Source: Gemmatimonadota bacterium | Lineage (GTDB): Bacteria; Gemmatimonadota; Gemmatimonadetes; Gemmatimonadales; Gemmatimonadaceae | DNA length: 64,000 nucleotides | Assembly: GCA_947471365.1 (NCBI GenBank) | Contig: CANIWQ010000003.1 | Coordinates: 705 to 64,704 of the forward strand | Direction of reading: 5' to 3' | Part shown: positions 26,070 to 34,944 of the stretch, one piece after another | Layout: every line of letters starts with the position of its first letter | How positions within the stretch are numbered: the first letter of the stretch is position 1 | The notes under the pieces: model-generated | The model's input: only the letters and a program-made list of their open reading frames with translations | What the model was told of the DNA's origin: nothing | Database searches by the model: none | Position numbers and translations under genes: made by a program

Positions 26070-26735
26070 ATGAGCAGCTCCACTCCACCGACGCACGACC
26101 CCAAGTGGAGGCGGCTCCCCGAGGAGCGGCCTCGCCAGATTCTCGAAGCGGCCATCGCCGTGTTCGGGGAACATGGCATTGCCGCGGCCAAGCTCGAGGA
26201 AATTGCGGCGCGCGCGGGCGTCTCAAAAGGCACCATCTATTTGTACTTCCCCAGCAAAGAAGACCTCTTTCGCGAGGTCATTCGCCAAGTGCTCGTGCCG
26301 CGCATCGCCCAGGTGGAGCATGAACTCACCGGCGGCACGGCGATTGAACAGATCGAACGCTACCTGCGCGTGCACTGGCACTATTTCGACCGTCCGGAAG
26401 CCGCGAGTTGGCTCCGGCTCGTGCTCTTTGAACTACACAAGTTTCCGGATCTCGAGCAGTTCTATTACGACGAAGTCATCGCGCTCTCCAACCGCGTGTT
26501 AGGCGATGTACTCCGTCGCGGTGTGGCCAGCGGCGAGCTCCGGCAGCTGGATCCTGCGGCCTCGGTCTCGCTCATCAAGGCCGTACTGCTGATGCATGTC
26601 ATCTGGATGAGTTCTCCCGCAGCAAAAGCCTCCGCCCGCGCTCCCCAGCACACCATCGACGGCATCGTCGATTTTGTGCTTCACGCTCTTCGTCCCGACG
26701 CCCCAGCGGGCGTCGCCGCTCCGGTACTCCCGTGA
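26070..26735 (+). CDS. TetR family transcriptional regulator
   Basis: N-terminal HTH ILEAAIAVFGEHGIAAAKLEEIAARAGVSKGTIYLYFPSKEDLF. Confidence 0.9.
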   Translation: MSSSTPPTHDPKWRRLPEERPRQILEAAIAVFGEHGIAAAKLEEIAARAGVSKGTIYLYFPSKEDLFREVIRQVLVPRIAQVEHELTGGTAIEQIERYLRVHWHYFDRPEAASWLRLVLFELHKFPDLEQFYYDEVIALSNRVLGDVLRRGVASGELRQLDPAASVSLIKAVLLMHVIWMSSPAAKASARAPQHTIDGIVDFVLHALRPDAPAGVAAPVLP

Positions 26736-28111
26736 TCCTCCTTCGCTACCGCGTGCGACACACGCTCGCGGCCACGCTCCTCGCCGCGCTCACTGGCGTG
26801 CTGTTCGGCACGCCCGAGTCCGCGGCCGCCCAACAGCCAGCCGTCACTCTCACCCTTGGCGGCGCCGCGCGACTCGCCGCCGAACGGAGTGCGGGCACTG
26901 AAATCGCCCGGTTCCGTATGGATCAAGCCGACGCGCGCCTCCGCCAACGCCGTGCCGAGTTCCTCCCCTCGATCATGGCGGCCGTCGGCGAGAGCGAGCA
27001 CACGTTCAACAGCGCCAGCTTCGGCATCTCGTTCGCGGACCCCGTCAGCGGTAAGTCGCTGTTCAATCCGAACGGCCAAGTCTTGGGCCCCGTAAAAATT
27101 TGGGACGTGCGCGGGACGCTTCGTCAGAGCGTCTTCGACCCAGGAGCCTTTGCTCGTATGCGCGCCGCGCGCGCGAGCGCGGGCGCCATCGGCACCGAAG
27201 CCAACGGCGCTGCGCAGCAGGCGGCGGCCCTTGCGGCGGCCTCGTATGTGCGCGCGTTGCGAGCCGATGCGCAGTGGCTCGCCCGCACGGCGGACTCCAC
27301 GCTCGCCGCTGAACTGCTCGGCATTGCGCGCGACCAACTCGCGGCCGGTATGGGCATCGCCCTCGATGTCACCCGCGCCCGCTCGCAACTCTCGGCTGCC
27401 CACAGTCAACTCATTGCCGCTCGCATCGAACGGGACCGTGCGCGCCTCGATCTGGTGCGCGCCCTGAACCTTCCGCTCGGCACCGTCGTGGCGTTGGGCG
27501 ATTCGCTCCGCGCCTCCCCCGCCAACGGCGAGCTACCGAGCATCGCGGAGGCGCTCGATCGCGCCACGCGCACCCGCGCCGACCTCAAGACAATCGGCGA
27601 ACAGATCACGGCGGCCGAACGGCAGCTCGACGCCGTACGCGCCGAGAACCTGCCCTCACTCTCCGCCTTTGCCGACCATGGCCCCACCGGCGGTGCCCCC
27701 AACCACCTGCTCGGCACCTACGCGTGGGGGCTTCAAATCTCCGTGCCGATCTTTGACGGCTTCCGCCGTGAAGGACGGATGGACGAACAGCGCGCGTCGA
27801 TCCGCGAGCTCGACGCCCGTCGCCGCGAGATCACGCAGCAAGCCGCAGCCGATGTGAGCGCCGCACTCCTCGACCTCAGCGCCGCCGGCGAGCAACTGGC
27901 CGCCGCCGACGAGCGCTTTGGATTGGCTGAGCAGGAACTGGCGCAGGCCCGCGATCGTTTTCGGGCCGGTGTCTCTGGAAACGCCGACGTGATTGCCGCG
28001 TCGCTCGCGCTCAACGCCGCGCGCACGCAGGTGGTGGATGCACGCGCCGGTGTACTGGCCGCGCGCGTGTCGCTGCATCGCGCGCAAGGCAACGTCACCG
28101 ACCTTCCCTGA
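26732..28111 (+). CDS. TolC family outer membrane efflux protein
   Basis: GTGA overlap with the TetR gene. Signal peptide and two-repeat OEP architecture with long Ala/Leu/Arg/Gln-rich helices. Confidence 0.85.
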   Translation: MILLRYRVRHTLAATLLAALTGVLFGTPESAAAQQPAVTLTLGGAARLAAERSAGTEIARFRMDQADARLRQRRAEFLPSIMAAVGESEHTFNSASFGISFADPVSGKSLFNPNGQVLGPVKIWDVRGTLRQSVFDPGAFARMRAARASAGAIGTEANGAAQQAAALAAASYVRALRADAQWLARTADSTLAAELLGIARDQLAAGMGIALDVTRARSQLSAAHSQLIAARIERDRARLDLVRALNLPLGTVVALGDSLRASPANGELPSIAEALDRATRTRADLKTIGEQITAAERQLDAVRAENLPSLSAFADHGPTGGAPNHLLGTYAWGLQISVPIFDGFRREGRMDEQRASIRELDARRREITQQAAADVSAALLDLSAAGEQLAAADERFGLAEQELAQARDRFRAGVSGNADVIAASLALNAARTQVVDARAGVLAARVSLHRAQGNVTDLP

Positions 28112-28144
28112 TCAACTTTTTCCCTTTCTGAGACGACGCCCCGC

Positions 28145-29221
28145 ATGGCTTCTCCCAATACTTCCACGGCCGACACGGCCGCTCGCCCGCGCAACAAGGC
28201 GCTTCCGGTGTTGCTCGTCATTGCTGTCATCGGCCTCGTGTGGGGCGGCAAGACCGTGCTCTACAATCAAGCGCACGAGAGCACCGAGAACGCGCAGTTT
28301 GATGGCACCATCATTCCCGTCATTGCCAAAGTCGGCGGCTTTGTGACGGCGGTGCGTGCGGTTGAAAATCAGCGCGTGGCGATTGGTGATCCGCTCGTGC
28401 AAATCGATACCGCTGAATATCTCATGCGCGTGCAGCAGTCGGACGCCGAGCTTGCCGCCGCTGAGGCAGCGGCTGGTAGTGCTGGCTCCGCTGGGCAAGC
28501 CGAGGCCGCGGTGCAAAGCGCGTCGAGTCAGCGCTTGGTGATTGATGCGCAGATTCAGTCGGCGCGTGCGGCGGTGGCCAAGGCCACGGCCGATCTGGCG
28601 CGCGTGAAGGAACTCGTGGCCAAACAAATCGTGTCGCGTCAACAGCTCGATGCGGCGCAGGCCTCCGCCGATCAGGCGAACGCGGCGCTGGCCGCCGCCG
28701 AACGCCAGTCGGCAACTGCCACCGCGCAGTTTGCCGGTGCGCAGGCCGGTGCCAAGTTCGCGCTTGCGCGGCTCGCTGGTGCACGCGCGACGCGTGCCAA
28801 CGCGCTGCTGCAGCTCGGCTATACCCACGTTACGGCACCGCTCGCCGGTTCCGTGAGTCGCAAACAGGTGGAAGTCGGTCAGTTGGTGCAGGCCGGCCAG
28901 CCGTTGCTCACGCTGGTGTCCGATACGAGCGGGCTGATTGTTGCCAACTTCAAGGAAACGCAGTTGGCCAACATGAAGCTCGGACAGTCGGTCACCGTCG
29001 AGGTCGACGCGTACCCCGGCTGCGACGCCGTTGGCACGGTGGAGAGCATGAGCGCCGCCACGGGGGCGCGCTTTGCGCTGCTGCCGCCAGACAACTCGAC
29101 CGGCAATTTCACGAAGGTCGTACAGCGGGTTCCGGTACGCATCAAGGTGACCACGGGCTGCGGCGCCACGCGGCCGCTGCGCCCGGGCATGAGTGTGACC
29201 GTGCACGTCAGCATCAAGTGA
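28145..29221 (+). CDS. HlyD/EmrA family membrane fusion protein
   Basis: N-terminal TM, lipoyl-like segments (IIPVIAKVGGFVTAV, VTAPLAGSVS), a long coiled coil and C-terminal VPVRIKV. Confidence 0.88.
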   Translation: MASPNTSTADTAARPRNKALPVLLVIAVIGLVWGGKTVLYNQAHESTENAQFDGTIIPVIAKVGGFVTAVRAVENQRVAIGDPLVQIDTAEYLMRVQQSDAELAAAEAAAGSAGSAGQAEAAVQSASSQRLVIDAQIQSARAAVAKATADLARVKELVAKQIVSRQQLDAAQASADQANAALAAAERQSATATAQFAGAQAGAKFALARLAGARATRANALLQLGYTHVTAPLAGSVSRKQVEVGQLVQAGQPLLTLVSDTSGLIVANFKETQLANMKLGQSVTVEVDAYPGCDAVGTVESMSAATGARFALLPPDNSTGNFTKVVQRVPVRIKVTTGCGATRPLRPGMSVTVHVSIK

Positions 29222-29228
29222 ACCGCTG

Positions 29229-30827
29229 ATGGGCACGGCCGCAGGCGTGTTGTCCGCGTCCGCCGCTCCGGCGGCAGACGCGGATCGCTATCGCTATAAA
29301 TATTTGATCGCGATCGCGGTGACGATGGCCGCGATGCTCGAACTCATTGACACGTCGATCGTGAACGTTGCGATTCCCCACATGATGGGGAATCTCGGCG
29401 CCACCCTCGACGAAATCTCGTGGGTGAGTGTCGGCTACATCATCGCGAACGTGATTGTGATTCCGATGTCGCCGTGGCTGAGCGCGTATTATGGTCGCCG
29501 CCGGTATCTCACGGGCTCCATCTTTCTGTTCATCATTGCGTCGATGTTCTGCGGTGCGGCGGGGAGTCTCGCGTCGCTCGTGTTTTGGCGTGTCATTCAG
29601 GGTATTGGCGGCGGCGCGCTGCTGTCGACCGCGCAGTCCACGCTCTGGGAAGCATTTCCGCCGCACGAAGTGGGCATTGGGCAAGCGATGTTTGGTGTGG
29701 GCGTGATGGTCGGCCCGACCCTCGGCCCCACGCTCGGCGGCTACATCGTCGACAACTGGAACTGGCCGTGGATTTTCTACATCAATCTGCCGCTGGGCCT
29801 CATTGCCGCCGTGCTCACCTGGACCTACGTGCGCGACTCGATTCACCAAGAGCGGAGCAACAAGGTGGACTGGCTCGGCATTGCGCTGATGACGGTCGCC
29901 GTCGGATCGCTCCAGTGGATGCTGGAGCGCGGCGAGCGCTATGACTGGTTTGACTCGCCATTTGTTACGGGGCTCGCCATCACTTCGGCGGTGTCGTTTG
30001 TGTGGCTCGTGTTTCACGAGCTGACAACCGAAGAGCCCGTGATCGACTTTCATATCCTTCGGAGCCGGCAGTTGTCCGCCGGCGTGGTGATGGGCGCCCT
30101 CCTCGGCTTTGCGCTGTTCGGGAGCGTGTTTGTGTTGCCGGTGTTCTTGCAATCACTGCACAACTTCACCGCGAACCAAACCGGCATGGTCATTCTCCCT
30201 GGCGCGATTGCGTCGGCCATGACGATGGCGATCCTCGGAAAACGGCTCCGGACGATTCCCGACGGGCGGCCGTTGATCGCCTTTGGTGCGGTGATCTTTA
30301 TGGTGTGCATGTGGCAACTTGGCGGCCTGACGCTCGAAAGCGGAAAGGAAGATTTGTTTTGGCCCCTCGTACTGCGGGGTGTGGGCCTCGGATTCCTCTT
30401 TATTCCGCTCAACAGCATCGCGTTGGCCGACTTGCCACCGCGCCAACTCGCTCAGGGCACGTCGCTGTTCAACCTGATGCGTCAACTCGGCGGATCGATG
30501 GGCATTGCGGTGATGGCCACGATGTTGAGTCGGTTCAGCAAGGAAAAGAAGGCGATCCTCACGGAACACCTCACCACCACGGCGCCCGATGCGCTGGCCC
30601 GAGTCGATGCCATTTTCCACGGGTTGGTCGCCAAAGGGATGAACCCGGTGTCGGCCAAACAGCAGGCCCTGATGTTGCTGGATCGCACGGTGTCGGTGCA
30701 GGCCAGCGTGCTGGCATTTTCCCGCATTTACCTGCTCTCCGGCATGGCACTGTTGGCGGTTATTCCGCTGATGCTTCTCTGGAAAACCGGACGCGGGCGC
30801 ATCGCCGCGCCGGTGGACGGGCACTAG
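29229..30827 (+). CDS. MFS transporter, DHA2 (EmrB/QacA, 14-TM) family
   Basis: LDTSIVNVAIPHM, GRRRYLTGSIFLFIIAS and WRVIQGIGGG motifs. 14 predicted TM helices. Confidence 0.9.
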   Translation: MGTAAGVLSASAAPAADADRYRYKYLIAIAVTMAAMLELIDTSIVNVAIPHMMGNLGATLDEISWVSVGYIIANVIVIPMSPWLSAYYGRRRYLTGSIFLFIIASMFCGAAGSLASLVFWRVIQGIGGGALLSTAQSTLWEAFPPHEVGIGQAMFGVGVMVGPTLGPTLGGYIVDNWNWPWIFYINLPLGLIAAVLTWTYVRDSIHQERSNKVDWLGIALMTVAVGSLQWMLERGERYDWFDSPFVTGLAITSAVSFVWLVFHELTTEEPVIDFHILRSRQLSAGVVMGALLGFALFGSVFVLPVFLQSLHNFTANQTGMVILPGAIASAMTMAILGKRLRTIPDGRPLIAFGAVIFMVCMWQLGGLTLESGKEDLFWPLVLRGVGLGFLFIPLNSIALADLPPRQLAQGTSLFNLMRQLGGSMGIAVMATMLSRFSKEKKAILTEHLTTTAPDALARVDAIFHGLVAKGMNPVSAKQQALMLLDRTVSVQASVLAFSRIYLLSGMALLAVIPLMLLWKTGRGRIAAPVDGH

Positions 30828-30925
30828 CGCTGCGCGACGGCGCCGAGGCACGGCGCGACGTGACATGATAGATTTCAGTTCTCCCCCGGATGCGATTCCG
30901 CACCCATTGCTGAGGGACTTTCCCT

Positions 30926-31525
30926 ATGACTCGTCGTTTGATTCGCATGATCCCGCTGGTGCTCGTCGGCGCATTACTGCCTGCGGCGACTTTCGCGCAA
31001 CGCTCCGGCACGCGTAGCGAGGCCACCTCCGGTTCGCGCCGCGATAGCAAGAGGGGCCCCACGATGCGTGCACCGAGCACGAGAGAAATCGAGGAGCTGA
31101 ATCCGGCCTGGCTCATGGGCGACAAGCGCCGCAAGCTGTCGCTCTCCGACTCGCAGGTGACGCAGTTCAAGGCGCTTGAGGAAAAGATCAAGGAGCGCAA
31201 CAAGACGTTGCTCACCGAGTACGATTCGATCCGGCGCGATTTTCACGCCCCGACGGGAAACATTGCGCGGGTGGCACCGGGCTCGGAGCCACAGATTGGC
31301 GGCCCCACGGATCGCGAGATGGAAAAGGCGATGCAGCAGATGCGGGTAATGCATTACATCATCACGCAGATCGCGGATCGCCGGAAGCAGGATGTGGACG
31401 AGACGCTCGCACTGTTTAAGGACGACGCGCAGAAAAAGAAGGCGCTCGATTTCCTGAAGGATCAGGACGACGATCTTGCCAAGCTGTTGCCCAAGAACGG
31501 GCCGCCACCGGGCGGCGCGCTCTGA
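30926..31525 (+). CDS. secreted helical protein, Spy/CpxP-like (tentative)
   Basis: Signal peptide MIPLVLVGALLPAATFAQ. Charged helical repeats with L(S/T)xxQ-type motifs (LSLSDSQVTQFKALEE). Confidence 0.5.
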   Translation: MTRRLIRMIPLVLVGALLPAATFAQRSGTRSEATSGSRRDSKRGPTMRAPSTREIEELNPAWLMGDKRRKLSLSDSQVTQFKALEEKIKERNKTLLTEYDSIRRDFHAPTGNIARVAPGSEPQIGGPTDREMEKAMQQMRVMHYIITQIADRRKQDVDETLALFKDDAQKKKALDFLKDQDDDLAKLLPKNGPPPGGAL

Positions 31526-31536
31526 CATGTCACGAC

Positions 31537-31566
31537 GGGGCCGCCGAGATGCGGCCCCGCTATTTT
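31537..31566 (+). terminator. rho-independent terminator
   Basis: GGGGCCGC (31537-44), loop CGAGAT, GCGGCCCC (31551-58), then GCTATTTT. Confidence 0.65.
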
Positions 31567-31573
31567 GAGCCCT

Positions 31574-32173
31574 ATGACCGACCATTCCCTACCTTCCCGC
31601 GCCGACGCACTCGCTCTGATGGAGTCGTGGACGCCCAGTGATTCGCTCCGCAAGCATATGCTGTCGGTCGAGGCCGCGATGCGCGCCTACGCCGGCCATT
31701 TCGGAGCGGACATTGAGCGCTGGGGGCTCGCCGGCCTTCTGCACGACTTCGATTACGAGCGCTTCCCGAACGCGACTCGTGAAAGCAACGCAGAGCACCC
31801 AGCCGAAGGGGCACGCGAGCTCCGGCGCCTAGGGTACCCCGAGGACATTCTCGAGGCCATCCTCGGGCACGCGGACTACACGGGGGTCCCCCGCGTCACC
31901 CCGATGGCCAAGACGTTGTTCGCGGTGGACGAGCTGTGTGGCCTGATTACGGCCTGCGCGCTGGTTCGGCCTTCCCGCAGCGTGAACGACTTGGAGTCGT
32001 CGAGTGTCAAGAAGAAGATGAAGGACAAGGCGTTCGCTCGGGGGGTCAGTCGAGAGGACGTCGTTCAGGGTGCGTCCGAGCTTGGACAGGAACTGGACGC
32101 GCACATCGCCTTCGTGATTACCGCAATGCGCGCTTGCGCCCAAGCGCTTGGACTGGACGGCGGCACGAAGTGA
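31574..32173 (+). CDS. HD domain-containing hydrolase
   Basis: H..HD..D pattern (LLHDFDYERF, ILGHAD). ATG 31574 is preferred over TTG 31565, which lies in the terminator T-tract. Confidence 0.8.
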   Translation: MTDHSLPSRADALALMESWTPSDSLRKHMLSVEAAMRAYAGHFGADIERWGLAGLLHDFDYERFPNATRESNAEHPAEGARELRRLGYPEDILEAILGHADYTGVPRVTPMAKTLFAVDELCGLITACALVRPSRSVNDLESSSVKKKMKDKAFARGVSREDVVQGASELGQELDAHIAFVITAMRACAQALGLDGGTK

Positions 32174-32193
32174 TGACGCGCGCCGCGCAGCCT

Positions 32194-32222
32194 GTCCAAC
32201 GCTCCGTACCGAGACCGCGTAC
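32194..32222 (+). promoter_or_regulatory. candidate ECF-type promoter (GTCCAAC-N17-CGTAC)
   Basis: The AAC and CGT elements have ECF-like spacing, ~30 nt upstream of the sigma factor ATG. Pattern match only. Confidence 0.25.
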
Positions 32223-32250
32223 TTTGGAGTGTGATTGTTGAGGCATTGGT

Positions 32251-32853
32251 ATGACCGCCGTGACGAGTCCCCACGCGGGCCGTCACGCGGCGGCAACGGC
32301 GCGGTTCGTGGCTGAGCACGGCACGGACGAACGGGCGCTGGTGCTGTCCGCGCAGCGCGGAGAGCGCGAAGCATTCTCGCAACTTGTGCGCACGCACGAG
32401 CGGCGGGCGTATGCGGTTGCGCGAGCCATCGTCGTCAATCACGAGGATGCCGAAGACGCCGTACAGGAAGCGTTCCTGCACGCGTACCGCGCCCTGCATC
32501 GGTTCTTGCCTGATCAGGCGTTCGGCGCGTGGCTACACCGCATCGTCGCGAATGCGGCACTGGACATTACGCGGCGTCGCAAAGTACGCGATGCCGATGA
32601 ACTGCCGGAAACGTTGGCCTCGCCGTTTCGCGATCCCGCCGAGGGAAGCGAGTTGAGACAACGACTGCAAGACGCGCTGGCCACCCTGCCGGTGCGACAG
32701 CGCTCTGTGATTGTGTTGCACGATGTAGAAGGATTCCGGCATGCCGAGATTGGCAAGATGCTCGGCATTCCGGAAGGCACGGCTCGGTCGGACCTGCACT
32801 ATGCACGGTCGCACCTCCGCACCGTGCTGGGATCTGTCAGGAGAGATCTATGA
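32251..32853 (+). CDS. RNA polymerase ECF sigma-70 factor
   Basis: Region 2 (AFSQLVRTHERRAYAVARAIV..EDAEDAVQEAF) and region 4 (LPVRQRSVIVLHDVEGFRHAEIGKMLGIPEGTARS). Confidence 0.9.
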   Translation: MTAVTSPHAGRHAAATARFVAEHGTDERALVLSAQRGEREAFSQLVRTHERRAYAVARAIVVNHEDAEDAVQEAFLHAYRALHRFLPDQAFGAWLHRIVANAALDITRRRKVRDADELPETLASPFRDPAEGSELRQRLQDALATLPVRQRSVIVLHDVEGFRHAEIGKMLGIPEGTARSDLHYARSHLRTVLGSVRRDL

Positions 32854-33224
32854 ACAGCGAATTTAGCGGACTCGAAGTCATCCGGGACGACGACCCCCTC
32901 ACGCAGGAGCTGCGCGCGATCTATGCGCCTCCGGCTGACACCGCGTATTGGAATCTTCTCGAGCGCCGAATCATGGCGCGCCTGTCGTTGGCAGACGGGG
33001 ACTCGTGGTGGGCGGTATCGGGCACATGGGTGCGCGCGGGGTTGATTGCCGCCGGCATTGCCGTGATGGTGGCCGGGACGCTGTTGCTCCGCACCCAGAC
33101 GCAGATGGCACGCGCCGAGTACGAAACGGTGATCGACCCGGCCACCATCGACGCGCCGACGCTTGCCGCGCGCGAACGGTTGTCGGAACAGCAGGCCAAC
33201 GTCCGCATTCTCACCGGCCATTGA
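32850..33224 (+). CDS. putative anti-sigma factor (single TM)
   Basis: ATGA overlap with the sigma gene. One TM (WVRAGLIAAGIAVMVAGTLLL). No zinc-binding motif. Confidence 0.5.
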   Translation: MNSEFSGLEVIRDDDPLTQELRAIYAPPADTAYWNLLERRIMARLSLADGDSWWAVSGTWVRAGLIAAGIAVMVAGTLLLRTQTQMARAEYETVIDPATIDAPTLAARERLSEQQANVRILTGH

Positions 33225-33237
33225 GTGCCCGCGCCAC

Positions 33238-33606
33238 ATGACCAGATCTAAAGGACTCGCGCTGGCGGTGTACCTCGGCGCCGCACTCGGCGGTGCGGCC
33301 ATCGGCGTCTCGGTGGACCGCCTCGTTGTGCGCGCGATGCCGCGCTGGTGGGATCAGTCGGCGATGCGCCAGCGGACGTTTGACCGCCTCCAGTTGACGC
33401 CGGCCCAACGGGACTCGGCGGCGCGCATTTATGACGAGCGCAACCGAAAGCAGGATTCCATTCTCGCGCCGGTCCGTCCGGCGCTCGACTCGGCGAGCGC
33501 CGACTCGCGTCAGCGTATTGCGAAGCTGCTGACGCCCGCACAGCAGGTCATCTACGACCAAATGCAGCGTGAGCGCCAACAGGCGCAGCGCCAGGAGAAG
33601 AAATGA
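33238..33606 (+). CDS. periplasmic Spy/CpxP-like LTxxQ-repeat protein
   Basis: N-terminal TM/signal sequence. Motifs LQLTPAQRDSAARIYDE and LLTPAQQVIYDQMQ. ATG 33238 chosen. Confidence 0.55.
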   Translation: MTRSKGLALAVYLGAALGGAAIGVSVDRLVVRAMPRWWDQSAMRQRTFDRLQLTPAQRDSAARIYDERNRKQDSILAPVRPALDSASADSRQRIAKLLTPAQQVIYDQMQRERQQAQRQEKK

Positions 33607-34931
33607 GGGTTGGGTTTCTTTGCGTCGCAACATGCGTCGCGACATGCACCGCCATTGCCGCCGCCCCGTCCATCGGCCTGGCGCAGGGCGGCACCGCGCG
33701 CGCCATCTCGATCGACGAAGCCGTGCACGCGGCGCAACAGAATGCACCGAGCGTCGTGCTCGCGCGCAACAGCGTGCGCACGAGCGACGTTTCCATCAAG
33801 CAGACCACGCTTGGGTATCTGCCATCGTTGGCGCTGTCGGCGACCGCCAACCAGCGCGGCGGGACCCAGCTCATCAACGGCGTCCCGCTGGGGTTCAGCG
33901 GCAGCCCGTGGTCGTATTCACGTGGCCTCAACTCCAGCCTCACCTTGTGGGACGGCGGCCAACGCTACTACAACCTGCGTGCCGCTGAGTCGAATCGCTC
34001 GGCTAACGAGGCGAACGAAACGCTGCAGCGTTATCAGACGGCGTTGAACGTCAAAACGCAGTACTTCGCCGTGCTGGCCGCGCGTGAACAAGACGCCGCC
34101 GCGCACCGTCAACTGGAACAAGCGCAGCAACAGCTCGTGGTAGCCAGCACCAAAATGATGGCCGGCACCGCGACGCGGTCCGACTCGCTCTCGGCGGCGG
34201 TCGCCGTTGGGCAGGCGAAGCTCTCCATCCTGAATGCGCAGAACGGACTCGGCAACGCCAACGCCGCGCTCACCCGCCTCGTGGGCTCCGCAACGCTCGT
34301 GACGGCGGTGATCGCCGACACGTCGGACGTCGGCGTGATCAACGTGAGCGAGGACGAACTCGCGCGCATTGCGACCGACGGCCCGGCCATCCGGCAGTCG
34401 CAGGCCACGCTCACCGCGGCCGGCGCCACGCACAAGGCGGCCACCGCGCCGTACATGCCGCAGGTCGCGATGACCGGCTCGTACAGCTGGACGCCCGAAG
34501 GATCCAAGGGCTTTGACTTCGGCGACGGCGTCAGCAGCAAGAGCACGGCGCTCGGCTTCTCGGTGTCGTACAACGTGTTCAACGGCTACAACCGCGAAGC
34601 GACGCTCGCGAACGCCAAGATTAGCGAAGAAAACGCGATGGCCAACCTGCGGGACGCGCGCCTCGCGGCGGTACAGAACCTCACGACGCAGTTGAACAGC
34701 TATCGGACAGCCGTGCAGTCGATCGAGCTCAATAAGCTGCAGATCTCGGCGTCCGAGGAAAACCTGCGCGTGGTACAGCAGCAGTACAATCTCGGCACCA
34801 AGCAGGCGCTTGACGTGCTGACCGTTCAGTCTCAGCTCGACAACGCCCGCCTGAGTCTCATCACGGCGCGCCTCAACGCGCGCAGCGCCAAGGCGCAGAT
34901 CGAAGCGCTCATTGGCCGCGACCTCAAGTAA
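33603..34931 (+). CDS. TolC family outer membrane protein
   Basis: ATGA overlap with the upstream gene. Signal peptide and duplicated OEP repeats (LDVLTVQSQLDNARL...). Confidence 0.85.
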   Translation: MRVGFLCVATCVATCTAIAAAPSIGLAQGGTARAISIDEAVHAAQQNAPSVVLARNSVRTSDVSIKQTTLGYLPSLALSATANQRGGTQLINGVPLGFSGSPWSYSRGLNSSLTLWDGGQRYYNLRAAESNRSANEANETLQRYQTALNVKTQYFAVLAAREQDAAAHRQLEQAQQQLVVASTKMMAGTATRSDSLSAAVAVGQAKLSILNAQNGLGNANAALTRLVGSATLVTAVIADTSDVGVINVSEDELARIATDGPAIRQSQATLTAAGATHKAATAPYMPQVAMTGSYSWTPEGSKGFDFGDGVSSKSTALGFSVSYNVFNGYNREATLANAKISEENAMANLRDARLAAVQNLTTQLNSYRTAVQSIELNKLQISASEENLRVVQQQYNLGTKQALDVLTVQSQLDNARLSLITARLNARSAKAQIEALIGRDLK

Positions 34932-34944
34932 GGCCGTGACCAAC

